NCBI GenBank assembly: GCA_017395245.1
Contig: JAFPVR010000011.1
Location: forward strand, 54,659 to 118,658
Source of the DNA: Bacteroidales bacterium
GTDB lineage: Bacteria; Bacteroidota; Bacteroidia; Bacteroidales; WCHB1-69
Length of the DNA: 64,000 bases
Reading direction: 5' to 3'
Shown one piece after another: positions 11,765 to 21,107 of this stretch. Each line of letters opens with the position of its first letter. Position 1 is the first letter of the stretch. Below the pieces are notes generated by a model. The model made no database searches, was not told the DNA's origin, and saw only the letters and a list, made by a program, of their open reading frames with translations. The position numbers and the translations under genes are program-made.

Positions 11765-11906
11765 ATTACGTTTATTTTCAATTACTTACATACACAATTA
11801 ACCAGCGGTGTCGAATGATTGTTTCGAACCGCCGCTGTCATATAGCAAATAATTTGCCAAAAATGTCACAGGAGCTTCGGCATTCCTGCCAAAGTCGTTA
11901 TTGTCG

Positions 11907-11937
11907 TTTTGCGGCAAGAATGCCGCATCTCCTAAAA
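11907..11937 (+). repeat. Hairpin element TTTTGCGGCAAGAATGCCGCATCTCCTAAAA (family 2)
   Basis: TGCGGCA-AGAA-TGCCGCA stem-loop just upstream of the module-1 promoter box. Confidence 0.8.
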
Positions 11938-11942
11938 AAATG

Positions 11943-11950
11943 TATTTTTG
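11943..11950 (+). promoter_or_regulatory. -7 box TATTTTTG (module 1)
   Basis: TAnnTTTG, 21 nt before GTG 11971. Identical context in module 2. Confidence 0.65.
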
Positions 11951-11970
11951 CCGAATAAAACAACAACAAG

Positions 11971-14244
11971 GTGAGAGCCATCAAATTCATACTCTGTGGG
12001 TTATTATTGTGGTCGCTGGCCGTCGGGCTGCGAGCGCAGTGCCCGGATTTTATGGATTTGAACAGTGAAAATGTGCGCTGCTATTATGGAATGACCTACA
12101 ATCCTATGTTAGACACAGGGGTGGTGGCTGGACGACATACTCTCATTACGCAGCAGGGCACCGACTTTCGGACGAATCACGAACTGCCGCTTCTTCCAGC
12201 GGGTGAAACTGCTGTCATAAGGTTAGGAAACGACCTGTCAGGGGCGGAAGCCGAATCTATCGTATATACCTTCACCGTTGACCCCGACAACTCCATCCTA
12301 CTGATAAAATATGCCGTGGTGCTGGAAAATCCCAATCATGAGAGTCCGGCACAACCCCGTTTCATCATCCGGATGCTTGACGAGAATAACGAACTGCTTG
12401 ATCCTTGTATGGAATATGACGTCACCTCGTCCGACAATCTTCCTGGTTTCCAGTCGTTTGGAAGTATCCAATGGAGACCTTGGACCAACAACGGCTTTGA
12501 CCTCTCCACGTATGCAGGAGAGACCGTCAAGTTGCAGCTCATCACCTATGATTGCAGTTGGGGCGCCCACTTCGGATACGCCTACTTCACGGCCTCCTGC
12601 ATCAGCAACCGGCTCTCCTTGGATAGCTGCGACGGAAACCAAGTCACCTTGTCCGCGCCTGCGGGCTTCGAAAGCTACAACTGGAGCAACGGTGCCACCA
12701 CGGAAACCACCACCTTTACCGTGCAGGGCAATTCGACCGTCAACTGCGCCATAAGCACCGTCACCGGATGCCTGTTCACGCTTTCCGCCATCATCACCTC
12801 GCAGAATATCCCGGGAGAGGACCTCGTCTTGTACGATACAATCTGCGAAGGGGAACCGTATCAGAACAACGGCTTCGATCTGCCACCCGTTGACCATCCT
12901 GGAATCAACGTTTTCCACAACACATACGTCAACCTATCCAACTGTTCCGACGACATTACCGCGACGCTCTACCTCTATGCGAAACAGCGTTATTTCCATA
13001 TCTATGACATGGCTTGCGAAGGGAACAACTATGACGACAACGGGTTCCATTTCACAAATCTGACAGTGGGCGAAATCGTTGATACTAACTATGTTACTAT
13101 TGCTAACGATTGTGATTCCATTACGGTGTTGCACCTCACTGTCAATTCCTCTTTTACATTGGATAATGTTATCAACGGTCCGACAGAGGTTTGCAGTAAC
13201 ACCTCGGGAAATTACTATTTGGCTAATCCGTTAGGGCTCACCTCCTACTTTTGGAATGTTCCTGACGGGGTGGAAATCGTTTATGGGCAAGGTACCAGCG
13301 TCGTCCAGCTTTTTTTCTCGCAGACGGCGCCCAACCCCTCGCATATTTCGCTGACGGGTGCTAACGGGTGCGGAAATGCCTCCACCCCGCTTGATGTGAC
13401 GGTACATCCTTCCTATATGAATATTGTTCACGATACGGTGTGTTCGGGAGAGACCTATTCGCAGTATGGCTTTGACCTCGGAGTGTTGAACGAAGCGGGA
13501 AATTTTGTACACACACGGACGGAAAGCTCTGCATACGGCTGCGAAAATGTTGATATTCTGCTTCTTTTCGTGTCGGAAACCCCGCCGGTGTCGGTCCTTG
13601 CCGATCCGCAAGAGCTTTGTTTGGGCGAAACGACCGAGCTGCACGCCGCAGGTTCGCAATCGTCCGTCACCCTGTTATCACAGTTGCCGAAAGTTTGGGT
13701 GGGCGACATCCTCTGCACCGACAACAGTTTTGTGCATCCGCAAGACTGGCCCTGCGGCAAAACAGCCATGGGAATCGTCTTTTATGTGGATAGTACCGGT
13801 GAACATGGATGGGCGGTCAATCTGCAAGACGAGCCTGGCACCTATTCTTGGGCTGGTAATTCTTCTCCGCTGGACGACCCCTCGCTGACCTACTACAACT
13901 ACGGGAGATTCGCGTTGGAGAATATGGACGGGCTCACGAACACGTTCGTCATCCGGCAGTATGGGAACAGCGAAGATTACCCAGCCGCATACGCCGTGGA
14001 TTTTGACCAAGGCTGGTATCTGCCTGCCGCCGGACAAGCCTATCACCTTTATGCCGAACTACCTCGGGTGAACATCTCTTTGCAATTGGCTGGAGGAACC
14101 CCTTTCCCAATGAATTCCTCTTGGGTTTATTGGACTTCTACTATTGGTAGCATCATCAAAGTGTGGGTGCTGGACAATCAGCATGGACTTTATTCCTCGG
14201 TAATGAATCATCCGTATTTGGTGCGAAGCGTTCGTAGTTTTTAA
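11971..14244 (+). CDS. Large secreted Cys-repeat protein with C-terminal DUF1566-like domain (module copy 1, protein A)
   Basis: GTG start. Signal peptide MRAIKFILCGLLLWSLAVGLRAQC. Repeated YDTICEGxxYxxxGF...C(D/E)(S/N)(I/V) modules. C-terminal VGDILCTD...GWAV...VDFDQGWYLPAAGQ...YWTS...VRSVRSF. Paralogue of 15949-18261. Confidence 0.8.
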   Translation: MRAIKFILCGLLLWSLAVGLRAQCPDFMDLNSENVRCYYGMTYNPMLDTGVVAGRHTLITQQGTDFRTNHELPLLPAGETAVIRLGNDLSGAEAESIVYTFTVDPDNSILLIKYAVVLENPNHESPAQPRFIIRMLDENNELLDPCMEYDVTSSDNLPGFQSFGSIQWRPWTNNGFDLSTYAGETVKLQLITYDCSWGAHFGYAYFTASCISNRLSLDSCDGNQVTLSAPAGFESYNWSNGATTETTTFTVQGNSTVNCAISTVTGCLFTLSAIITSQNIPGEDLVLYDTICEGEPYQNNGFDLPPVDHPGINVFHNTYVNLSNCSDDITATLYLYAKQRYFHIYDMACEGNNYDDNGFHFTNLTVGEIVDTNYVTIANDCDSITVLHLTVNSSFTLDNVINGPTEVCSNTSGNYYLANPLGLTSYFWNVPDGVEIVYGQGTSVVQLFFSQTAPNPSHISLTGANGCGNASTPLDVTVHPSYMNIVHDTVCSGETYSQYGFDLGVLNEAGNFVHTRTESSAYGCENVDILLLFVSETPPVSVLADPQELCLGETTELHAAGSQSSVTLLSQLPKVWVGDILCTDNSFVHPQDWPCGKTAMGIVFYVDSTGEHGWAVNLQDEPGTYSWAGNSSPLDDPSLTYYNYGRFALENMDGLTNTFVIRQYGNSEDYPAAYAVDFDQGWYLPAAGQAYHLYAELPRVNISLQLAGGTPFPMNSSWVYWTSTIGSIIKVWVLDNQHGLYSSVMNHPYLVRSVRSF

Positions 14245-14253
14245 AACCTGGAA

Positions 14254-15840
14254 ATGATGAAGAAAGTGCTCTTGTTTGTGTTTGCGCAGCTCCTCTTCGG
14301 ATGGACCACCGCCCAAATCTATCATGTGGGCGATTTGTACACTGCCGAGGACGGTTCTAAGGGTATTGTCTTCTATGTGTTTCCTGACGGCAGCGGATGG
14401 GCCGTGGCACTCCAAAACTTACCGGACAAACCTTGGATCCCCCCTCCTTACGCAGACATCCCAAACCTTCCGAATCTCAATGGCGAATACCCACAGACCC
14501 TTTTGGCGGATACGGCGGGATATTCCAACACTCAAATCATTCGTGAGTTCGTGGGTGCAGGTGCCCAATGTGCTGCCAATGCCGTGGATTTTGAGAACGG
14601 ATGGTATCTGCCAGCCATCGGACAATTGTGCATTCTTTATGCCCAACTGCCTTTGATAGAGCAGTCTCTGCTTTCCGCAGGGGGAAGTTCTTTGGTGGGA
14701 ATCGACTATTTTAGCAGCTCCGAATCCGATTATGCAGTCTGGGCGGTCAACTTCTCAAACGATCTTCCCCCTACCAATGATGGCTACTCTTCCATCGATT
14801 CGCAATCGGGAAAAATCCAAACCGTAACAAAAACACTTCCTTTCCTCGCCAGAGCTATACGTACTATTCCGGCTCCGGTGAACCATTACGACACCACCCT
14901 GACTTATCTCTGGAATACGGGGGACACGGAACCCCATTTTCAAGTGACACCCGAACAGACCACCGATTATTCGGTGACGGTTACCAACGCTTACGGTTGT
15001 TCAAACACGGCATCCACCTCCGTGACGGTGATTGACGGCTCTCCTCAGACCGTCTATGACACTATCTGTCAAGGCACTGCATACAACAACTACGGCTTTA
15101 CCTTGACCGAGAACCAGACCATCGGCATTGCCGACACTTCCTGCACGCGCACGGTCGCCATCAATAGCTGTGAAAGCGAGCTCACACTGCAGCTCACCTT
15201 ACGTTCCGCTGACTTCGTCTCCTACACGCAACATGCCTGCGAAAATTTCGTCTGGAACGGGATTTCTTATTCCGAAGAAGGTTCTTATACACAATCGCTT
15301 AGCAACCGATTTGGCTGCGACAGCATTGTGGAAATGCAACTTTTCTTGGGGGACACCTCTGTGAGTATCCTCCTGTCCGGAGATTTCTGCGACCAGTTTT
15401 CTGCGGAGCTCTTCGCAAGCGAGGGCATGGACGACTACCTTTGGAGTACCGGCGAGCAGACCCCGCAGATTGTGGTCTCGGCACCCGGAACGTACCGCGT
15501 GACCGCTTCTGTGGATGGTTGCGATGCCACGTCCCAAATCACGATAGCCCCTTGCGAGCTGAATATTTACCTCCCCAACGCCATCACCCCTTCCCTCAGC
15601 GATGGCCTGAACGATGCTTTCTGCCTTCCCGATGCCTATAAACCTCTTCTCAACGAATTTGAAATCAGCATTTTCAACCGTTGGGGCGAGATGGTATATT
15701 ACTCCACCGACAAAGAATTCCGTTGGAAGGGCGAGGTGAAGGGTAAGATCTTCTACAACAACGTTTACAATTACCTAATCCGCTACACCAATCTGAACGG
15801 CAAACCGGAGGTTCTAATCGGCACGATTACGGTGTTGTAG
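14254..15840 (+). CDS. T9SS type-B sorting-domain protein with N-terminal DUF1566-like domain (module copy 1, protein B)
   Basis: Signal peptide, then HVGDLY...GWAV...VDFENGWYLPAIGQL...ARAIR and Cys modules. C-terminal YLPNAITPSLSDGLNDAF...FNRWGEMVY...ITVL matches the gliding-motility C-terminal (CHU_C/TIGR04131-type) domain. Starts 9 nt after protein A. Confidence 0.85.
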   Translation: MMKKVLLFVFAQLLFGWTTAQIYHVGDLYTAEDGSKGIVFYVFPDGSGWAVALQNLPDKPWIPPPYADIPNLPNLNGEYPQTLLADTAGYSNTQIIREFVGAGAQCAANAVDFENGWYLPAIGQLCILYAQLPLIEQSLLSAGGSSLVGIDYFSSSESDYAVWAVNFSNDLPPTNDGYSSIDSQSGKIQTVTKTLPFLARAIRTIPAPVNHYDTTLTYLWNTGDTEPHFQVTPEQTTDYSVTVTNAYGCSNTASTSVTVIDGSPQTVYDTICQGTAYNNYGFTLTENQTIGIADTSCTRTVAINSCESELTLQLTLRSADFVSYTQHACENFVWNGISYSEEGSYTQSLSNRFGCDSIVEMQLFLGDTSVSILLSGDFCDQFSAELFASEGMDDYLWSTGEQTPQIVVSAPGTYRVTASVDGCDATSQITIAPCELNIYLPNAITPSLSDGLNDAFCLPDAYKPLLNEFEISIFNRWGEMVYYSTDKEFRWKGEVKGKIFYNNVYNYLIRYTNLNGKPEVLIGTITVL

Positions 15841-15864
15841 AGACGCACGGCCGTACGTCTCTAC
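15837..15864. repeat. REP-like palindrome (1 mismatch)
   Basis: GTAGAGACGCACGGCCGTACGTCTCTAC. Its TAG (15838-15840) is the stop of 14254-15840. Confidence 0.9.
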
Positions 15865-15884
15865 GGCTGAAATCGTTAATATCG

Positions 15885-15914
15885 TTTTGCGGCAGGAATG
15901 TCGCATCTCCTAAA
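15885..15914 (+). repeat. Hairpin element, family 2 (degenerate: GCGGCAGGAATGTCGCA)
   Basis: Same position relative to the module-2 promoter box. Confidence 0.75.
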
Positions 15915-15920
15915 AAAATG

Positions 15921-15928
15921 TATTTTTG
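15921..15928 (+). promoter_or_regulatory. -7 box TATTTTTG (module 2)
   Basis: Same AAAAAAATGTATTTTTGCCGAATAAAA context as module 1. Confidence 0.65.
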
Positions 15929-15948
15929 CCGAATAAAACTCCAACAAG

Positions 15949-18261
15949 GTGAGGACCATCAAATTCATACTCTGCGGGTTATTGTTGTGGTCGCTGGCCG
16001 GTGGGCTGCGGGCGCAGTGTCCGGATTTTATGGATTTGACGAGCAGTGCGGTGACGGGCTATTACTCAACAAATGGATATCACGTTACTTCCAGTCTTGT
16101 AATGAGTGTCGGCATTATGCCGGGAAGACACACGCTTATCACACAACAAGGGACCGACCCACGAACGGGGGATCAATTGCCGTTACTTCCGGACGGGGAA
16201 AACGCTGTGGTGAAATTGGGCAACGAGCAGGTGGGCGGAGAAACCGAGTCCCTGGTTTATACCTTCACTGTTGATCCTGACAATTCCGTTTTGCTGTTGA
16301 AATATGCAGTTGTGCTGGAGGATCCCGGCCATGTGGAAATGCTCCAACCCCATTTTCTCATACAGATGCTGGATGCCAACGACGAGCTAATAAGTGACTG
16401 TATGGAATACAATGTCATTTCGTCGCCCTCAATCCCCGGTTTCCAGACATACGATCCGGGAAACGGAATTTTTGTGATGTGGAGGCCTTGGACCCTCAAC
16501 GGTTTTGATTTGTCGGCATACGCGGGGCAGACGGTGAAACTTCGGATCAGCACATACGACTGCGGGGCCGGCGGCCATTTCGGATATGCCTATTTTACCG
16601 CCTCCTGCATCAGCAATCAGCTTTCATTTACGGGCTGTGACGGGGATCAAGTCACCATCAGCGCAACGGAAGGGTTCGAAAGCTATTCTTGGAACAACGG
16701 CAGCACCACACCCACCGCTACCTATTCCATACAGGGGAACACCGGTGCCACTTGCGTTATCAGCACCGTCACCGGATGCCAAATCACGCAGATCGTCACC
16801 TTTGCCCAGGACACCCTCATGCAAGATCAAACTTTTTATGACACCATTTGCGAAGGTATGGATTACCATAACCATGGCTTCAACGTGCCTACCATATCAA
16901 CACCCGGGGATTATACTTTCCTGAATACCTTTTACGATGTGGTAAACTGCGAAGAAGGTGCCACCAATACGTTGTATCTGTATGTCCACCCCCTTTGCAC
17001 GTATATCGATGAAGTGGCGTGTGAAGGTGACACCTTCGATGCCTACGGCTTTCATTACGATCAACTGTCCCCAGGAGAGATTACGGACAGCTTCTCTGTA
17101 ACGCTTCCTTACGGCTGTGAATATACAACAATACTGCATCTCACAGTCAACCCTGCCACTCAAATACCCCAAGTAATCAATGGTCCGAATGTGGTGTGCA
17201 GTGGTACATTGGAAACTTATTCCTTGGAAAACGGTCCTCCCCCATCTTCTGTTTCTTACCACTGGATAGCTCCCAATGGAGTGACAGTCTATAGCGGACA
17301 GGCAACTCCAAGCGCACAAATCTTTTTCATGCCGGATGCCCCTTCTACCGTACAGCTCACGCTCTCTGTTGATAATGGCTGTAACACCACCAATATCCCG
17401 TTTGATGTCGCGGTGGGGACTTCGTACTCCAACATATACAGTGACACGGCTTGTATAGGAAACCCTTACACACAGTATGGGTTTCAGCTTGGAGTACAAG
17501 ACAGTACAGGATTCTTTGTCTATATTCTGAATGACACGACCCAACAGGGGTGCGACAGTATCAGTATTTTGCAGCTGCGTGTCGCAGAGACACCGTCGGT
17601 GGTTGCATTAGCCGACCCGACAGTGCTTTGTATCGGCAGCGAAACCGAACTTCACGCCGTCGGTCCGCAGGCTTCCGTCACCTTGACTTCGGAGTTGCCG
17701 ACGGTCGCGGTGGGCGACATCCTGTGTACGGACGGCACCACTGTTCATCCTGAAGACTGGCCCTGCAATAAAGTGGCCATGGGGGTGGTTTTCTATGTGG
17801 ACACTTCCGGAGATCATGGATGGGCAATCGACTTGCATGATTTGAACACTTCGAGCACCTATTGGTGGGGAGGGATACATGAAGATGTCCAAACTCTGAC
17901 CAACTACGCTTCCCCTGTTTCTGCGTTGAACGATACCAGTGGTTGGCAAAACACGGCTGATATCAGGGCACAAAGCGCCGCATCAATGTATTCATACGAT
18001 GCGGCCATGGCTGTGGATTTCGACAACGGGTGGTATCTGCCCGCCGCAGGTCAGATGTTCCATCTTTATGTTATGCTTTCAGTTGTAAACCATTCCCTGC
18101 AACTTGTCGGAGGAGATCTTTTCTCTTCTGTTGTGTCATGGAAATACTGGACTTCCTCTGAAAGAAACATTGATGATGCATGGTACCTTGCCAAGGAGCA
18201 TGCCATTATTGCTGGGGATAAATATGGTCTTTTCATGGTACGAATGTGCCGTTCATTTTAG
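15949..18261 (+). CDS. Large secreted Cys-repeat protein with C-terminal DUF1566-like domain (module copy 2, protein A)
   Basis: GTG start. MRTIKFILCGLLLWSLAGGLRAQCPDFMDL. Colinear with 11971-14244 along its whole length. Ends ...MVRMCRSF. Confidence 0.8.
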   Translation: MRTIKFILCGLLLWSLAGGLRAQCPDFMDLTSSAVTGYYSTNGYHVTSSLVMSVGIMPGRHTLITQQGTDPRTGDQLPLLPDGENAVVKLGNEQVGGETESLVYTFTVDPDNSVLLLKYAVVLEDPGHVEMLQPHFLIQMLDANDELISDCMEYNVISSPSIPGFQTYDPGNGIFVMWRPWTLNGFDLSAYAGQTVKLRISTYDCGAGGHFGYAYFTASCISNQLSFTGCDGDQVTISATEGFESYSWNNGSTTPTATYSIQGNTGATCVISTVTGCQITQIVTFAQDTLMQDQTFYDTICEGMDYHNHGFNVPTISTPGDYTFLNTFYDVVNCEEGATNTLYLYVHPLCTYIDEVACEGDTFDAYGFHYDQLSPGEITDSFSVTLPYGCEYTTILHLTVNPATQIPQVINGPNVVCSGTLETYSLENGPPPSSVSYHWIAPNGVTVYSGQATPSAQIFFMPDAPSTVQLTLSVDNGCNTTNIPFDVAVGTSYSNIYSDTACIGNPYTQYGFQLGVQDSTGFFVYILNDTTQQGCDSISILQLRVAETPSVVALADPTVLCIGSETELHAVGPQASVTLTSELPTVAVGDILCTDGTTVHPEDWPCNKVAMGVVFYVDTSGDHGWAIDLHDLNTSSTYWWGGIHEDVQTLTNYASPVSALNDTSGWQNTADIRAQSAASMYSYDAAMAVDFDNGWYLPAAGQMFHLYVMLSVVNHSLQLVGGDLFSSVVSWKYWTSSERNIDDAWYLAKEHAIIAGDKYGLFMVRMCRSF

Positions 18262-18272
18262 CTTTTCCTGCC

Positions 18273-19727
18273 ATGATGAAAAAGATGTTTCTGTTTCTGT
18301 TGTTGCAAAGCATTCTTTTAATGGGGAATGCCCAGCTTTATCATGTCGGAGACCTCTATATTGCAGAAGACGGCTCTCAAGGCATCGTATTCTTTGTTCA
18401 GGAAGATGGCAGTGGCTGGGCGGTTGCATTGAATGACTTGTCCACGTCGATTCCTTGGTCACCCAATAGTTTCAATGTCCCAGGTTTGAGCGACGAAGAA
18501 GATCTGTTTGCGCCCATATCCTCCACAAATGATTTCTCTGGTTATACGAACACACAACAGATACGCAACACATTTGGCGTATCGTCCAGTTATGCAGCCG
18601 GCGCTGTGGATTTCAACCACGGGTGGTATTTACCGTCCATTCATCAACTTTACATTTTATATGCACAAATGCCTTTCATTGAACAAGCATTGCTCAATGC
18701 CGGCGGTTCAACATTGGTTTTTTCAGCCTCAGGATATTCTCAAGGGTATTGGAGTAGTTCCGAAGCCAGTACCTCCCAAGCTTGGGCACTCAATTTTGGT
18801 CTCCAATTAGGATCTGGAGTACCCATGCAAATGTCGAAAACAACTTATCAAAATCAAAAAGTTCGTGCCGTGCATGATTTCCCCTCTCCGAATAACGTTT
18901 ACGATACCACACTCACTTACAGCTGGAACACCGGCTCCACCGAACCGCATTTCTTCGACGTTCCGCTGCAGACCACAAACTACACCGTCACGGTCACAAA
19001 CGCCTACGGCTGCACGAACACCGATTCTGCCAGCGTGATGGTCATCGACAACAACCCGCAGACGATATACGATACGGTCTGTCAAGGTTCGACGTATAAC
19101 AACTACGGTTTTACGTTGAGTGCGCAGGAGACGGCGGAAGTGGGGGAGATTGTCCGCACACAAACGCTTGCCGCTGCTGGCTGCGAGAGCGAAATCACCC
19201 TCTTCCTCACGGTGGTGCCTCACGATATAGTCTATTTGGAGCAAACCGCCACTGATTCTTTGGTTTGGAATGGCGTAACCTACACGGAGGAAGGCACTTA
19301 CACCCAATACTTCAACAACCAATACGGATGTGACAGCACGGTTATCCTAACCCTTACACTCGATGGCGGTATTGACCCCGACCCTGATCCTGATCCCGGC
19401 CCCGGTCCTGAACCCGACACCATACCCTTCGGTGAAAATGACACCCTGATGATTTACCTTCCCAATGCCATCACACCCACGCGCAACGACGGCCTCAACG
19501 ACTATTTCTGTCTCCCCGAAGTGTACAGACCTCTGATCAGCACTTTTGAGATTAAGATTTACAACCGGTGGGGCACTTTAGTTTACCACGCCACCGACAA
19601 AAATTTCCAATGGGACGGCAGAATCAATGGCAAAATCTATTTCAACACGGTGTATAGCTATCGTATTGACTTTGAGGATATAATCGGAAGACCGTATATT
19701 CTCAGAGGCATAATTACCGTATTGTAG
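18273..19727 (+). CDS. T9SS type-B sorting-domain protein with N-terminal DUF1566-like domain (module copy 2, protein B)
   Basis: Start at MMKKMFLFLLL. Colinear with 14254-15840. Has an extra DPDPDPDPGPGPEPD linker. C-terminal YLPNAITPTRNDGLNDYF...YNRWGTLVY...ITVL. Confidence 0.85.
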   Translation: MMKKMFLFLLLQSILLMGNAQLYHVGDLYIAEDGSQGIVFFVQEDGSGWAVALNDLSTSIPWSPNSFNVPGLSDEEDLFAPISSTNDFSGYTNTQQIRNTFGVSSSYAAGAVDFNHGWYLPSIHQLYILYAQMPFIEQALLNAGGSTLVFSASGYSQGYWSSSEASTSQAWALNFGLQLGSGVPMQMSKTTYQNQKVRAVHDFPSPNNVYDTTLTYSWNTGSTEPHFFDVPLQTTNYTVTVTNAYGCTNTDSASVMVIDNNPQTIYDTVCQGSTYNNYGFTLSAQETAEVGEIVRTQTLAAAGCESEITLFLTVVPHDIVYLEQTATDSLVWNGVTYTEEGTYTQYFNNQYGCDSTVILTLTLDGGIDPDPDPDPGPGPEPDTIPFGENDTLMIYLPNAITPTRNDGLNDYFCLPEVYRPLISTFEIKIYNRWGTLVYHATDKNFQWDGRINGKIYFNTVYSYRIDFEDIIGRPYILRGIITVL

Positions 19728-19751
19728 AGACGCACGGCCGTGCATCTCTAC
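19724..19751. repeat. REP-like palindrome (1 mismatch)
   Basis: GTAGAGACGCACGGCCGTGCATCTCTAC. Its TAG (19725-19727) is the stop of 18273-19727. Confidence 0.9.
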
Positions 19752-19771
19752 GATTGAAATCGTTATTGTCG

Positions 19772-19802
19772 TTTTGCGGCAAGAATGCCGCAGCTCCTAA
19801 AA
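19772..19802 (+). repeat. Hairpin element, family 2
   Basis: TTTTGCGGCAAGAATGCCGCAGCTCCTAAAA after the second module's REP. Downstream sequence then diverges into the aminotransferase promoter. Confidence 0.8.
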
Positions 19803-19831
19803 TATCCTTCCGTATGTATTCGAATTTTCAG

Positions 19832-19839
19832 TATTTTTG
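19832..19839 (+). promoter_or_regulatory. -7 box TATTTTTG (aminotransferase)
   Basis: TAnnTTTG, 36 nt before ATG 19875. Confidence 0.6.
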
Positions 19840-19874
19840 CCGCCTTATTTTTAAGATCTATCAATTCAAAAAAT

Positions 19875-21107
19875 ATGGAAAGAATTTCAAAGAGAGTTTT
19901 GGGAATGCCGGCTTCCGAGACGCTGGCAATGACAGCATTAGCACGTGAGTTAAAGGACAAAGGTCAGGATGTGATCAGCCTGAGTATCGGCGAGCCCGAT
20001 TTCAACACGCCGGAAACGGTGAAGGAGTATGCCAAACAGGCCATCGACGACAACTTCACGCACTATCCGCCCGTGCCCGGCTATGCGGACCTCCTGAAAG
20101 CCATCAGCAACAAGTTCAAGAGAGACAACGGTCTGGACTACACACCGCAACAGATTGTGGTTTCCACCGGCGGCAAACAGTCCATCTATCAGGCTGTTAT
20201 GGCTTTGGTGAACCCCGGCGACGAAGTCATCATCCCCACTCCCTACTGGGTTTCCTACCGTGCCATCGCGCAGATGGCGGAGGCCGACATCAAGTACGTT
20301 CCCTGCAAGATTGAGAACGATTTCAAGATTACCCCTGCCCAATTGGAGGCTGTCATCACCCCGAAGACCAAACTGATGATGTTCAGCAGCCCTTCGAATC
20401 CTACGGGCATGATCTACTCCAAGGAGGAGCTTCGCGCCATCGCTGAGGTGGTGGCCAAGCATCCGCAGATGATGATTATGTCGGACGAGATTTACGAGCA
20501 CATCAACTTCGTGGGCGGTCATGAGAGCATCGCCCAGTTCGATTTCATCAAGGATCAGGTGGTCACGGTGAACGGTGTGGCGAAAGGTTTTGCCATGACC
20601 GGCTGGCGTATCGGTTTCATCGGCGCCCCCGTGGATGTGGCCAAGGCTTGTAACAAGCTGCAAGGTCAGATCACGTCCGCCACGGGCTCCATCTCGCAAC
20701 GCGCAGCGTTGCGGGCCATGGAGATGGATCCGAAAACTTCCGAGGACATTATCAACATGCGCGACACCTTCCTCAAACGCCGCGACCTGGTTTATGGTCT
20801 GCTGAAGGAGATTCCCGGCTTCGAAGTGACTCTGCCGCAGGGTGCCTTCTACTTCTTCCCGAAGGTGAGCAGCCTCTTTGGCAAGCACATCCCCGCCGAC
20901 TCCAAATTCGCCGCCCAGTACAACAAGACGGTCATCGAGAACTCCACCGACCTGGCCTTCTACTTCCTGTTGGACGGCAGCGTCTCCACCGTCCAAGGCA
21001 CCGCCTTCGGCGACGACGACTGCATCCGCCTCTCCTACGCCACCTCCGAAGACCGCCTCATCGAAGCCTGCAAGCGCATCAAAGCCGCCGTGGAGGCGTT
21101 GAGTTAA
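19875..21107 (+). CDS. Pyridoxal-phosphate-dependent aminotransferase (aspartate aminotransferase-like)
   Basis: Start at MERISKRVLGMPASETL. Class I aminotransferase pattern SLSIGEPDFNTP, SNPTG, NGVAKGFAMTGWRIG (PLP lysine). Confidence 0.9.
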   Translation: MERISKRVLGMPASETLAMTALARELKDKGQDVISLSIGEPDFNTPETVKEYAKQAIDDNFTHYPPVPGYADLLKAISNKFKRDNGLDYTPQQIVVSTGGKQSIYQAVMALVNPGDEVIIPTPYWVSYRAIAQMAEADIKYVPCKIENDFKITPAQLEAVITPKTKLMMFSSPSNPTGMIYSKEELRAIAEVVAKHPQMMIMSDEIYEHINFVGGHESIAQFDFIKDQVVTVNGVAKGFAMTGWRIGFIGAPVDVAKACNKLQGQITSATGSISQRAALRAMEMDPKTSEDIINMRDTFLKRRDLVYGLLKEIPGFEVTLPQGAFYFFPKVSSLFGKHIPADSKFAAQYNKTVIENSTDLAFYFLLDGSVSTVQGTAFGDDDCIRLSYATSEDRLIEACKRIKAAVEALS

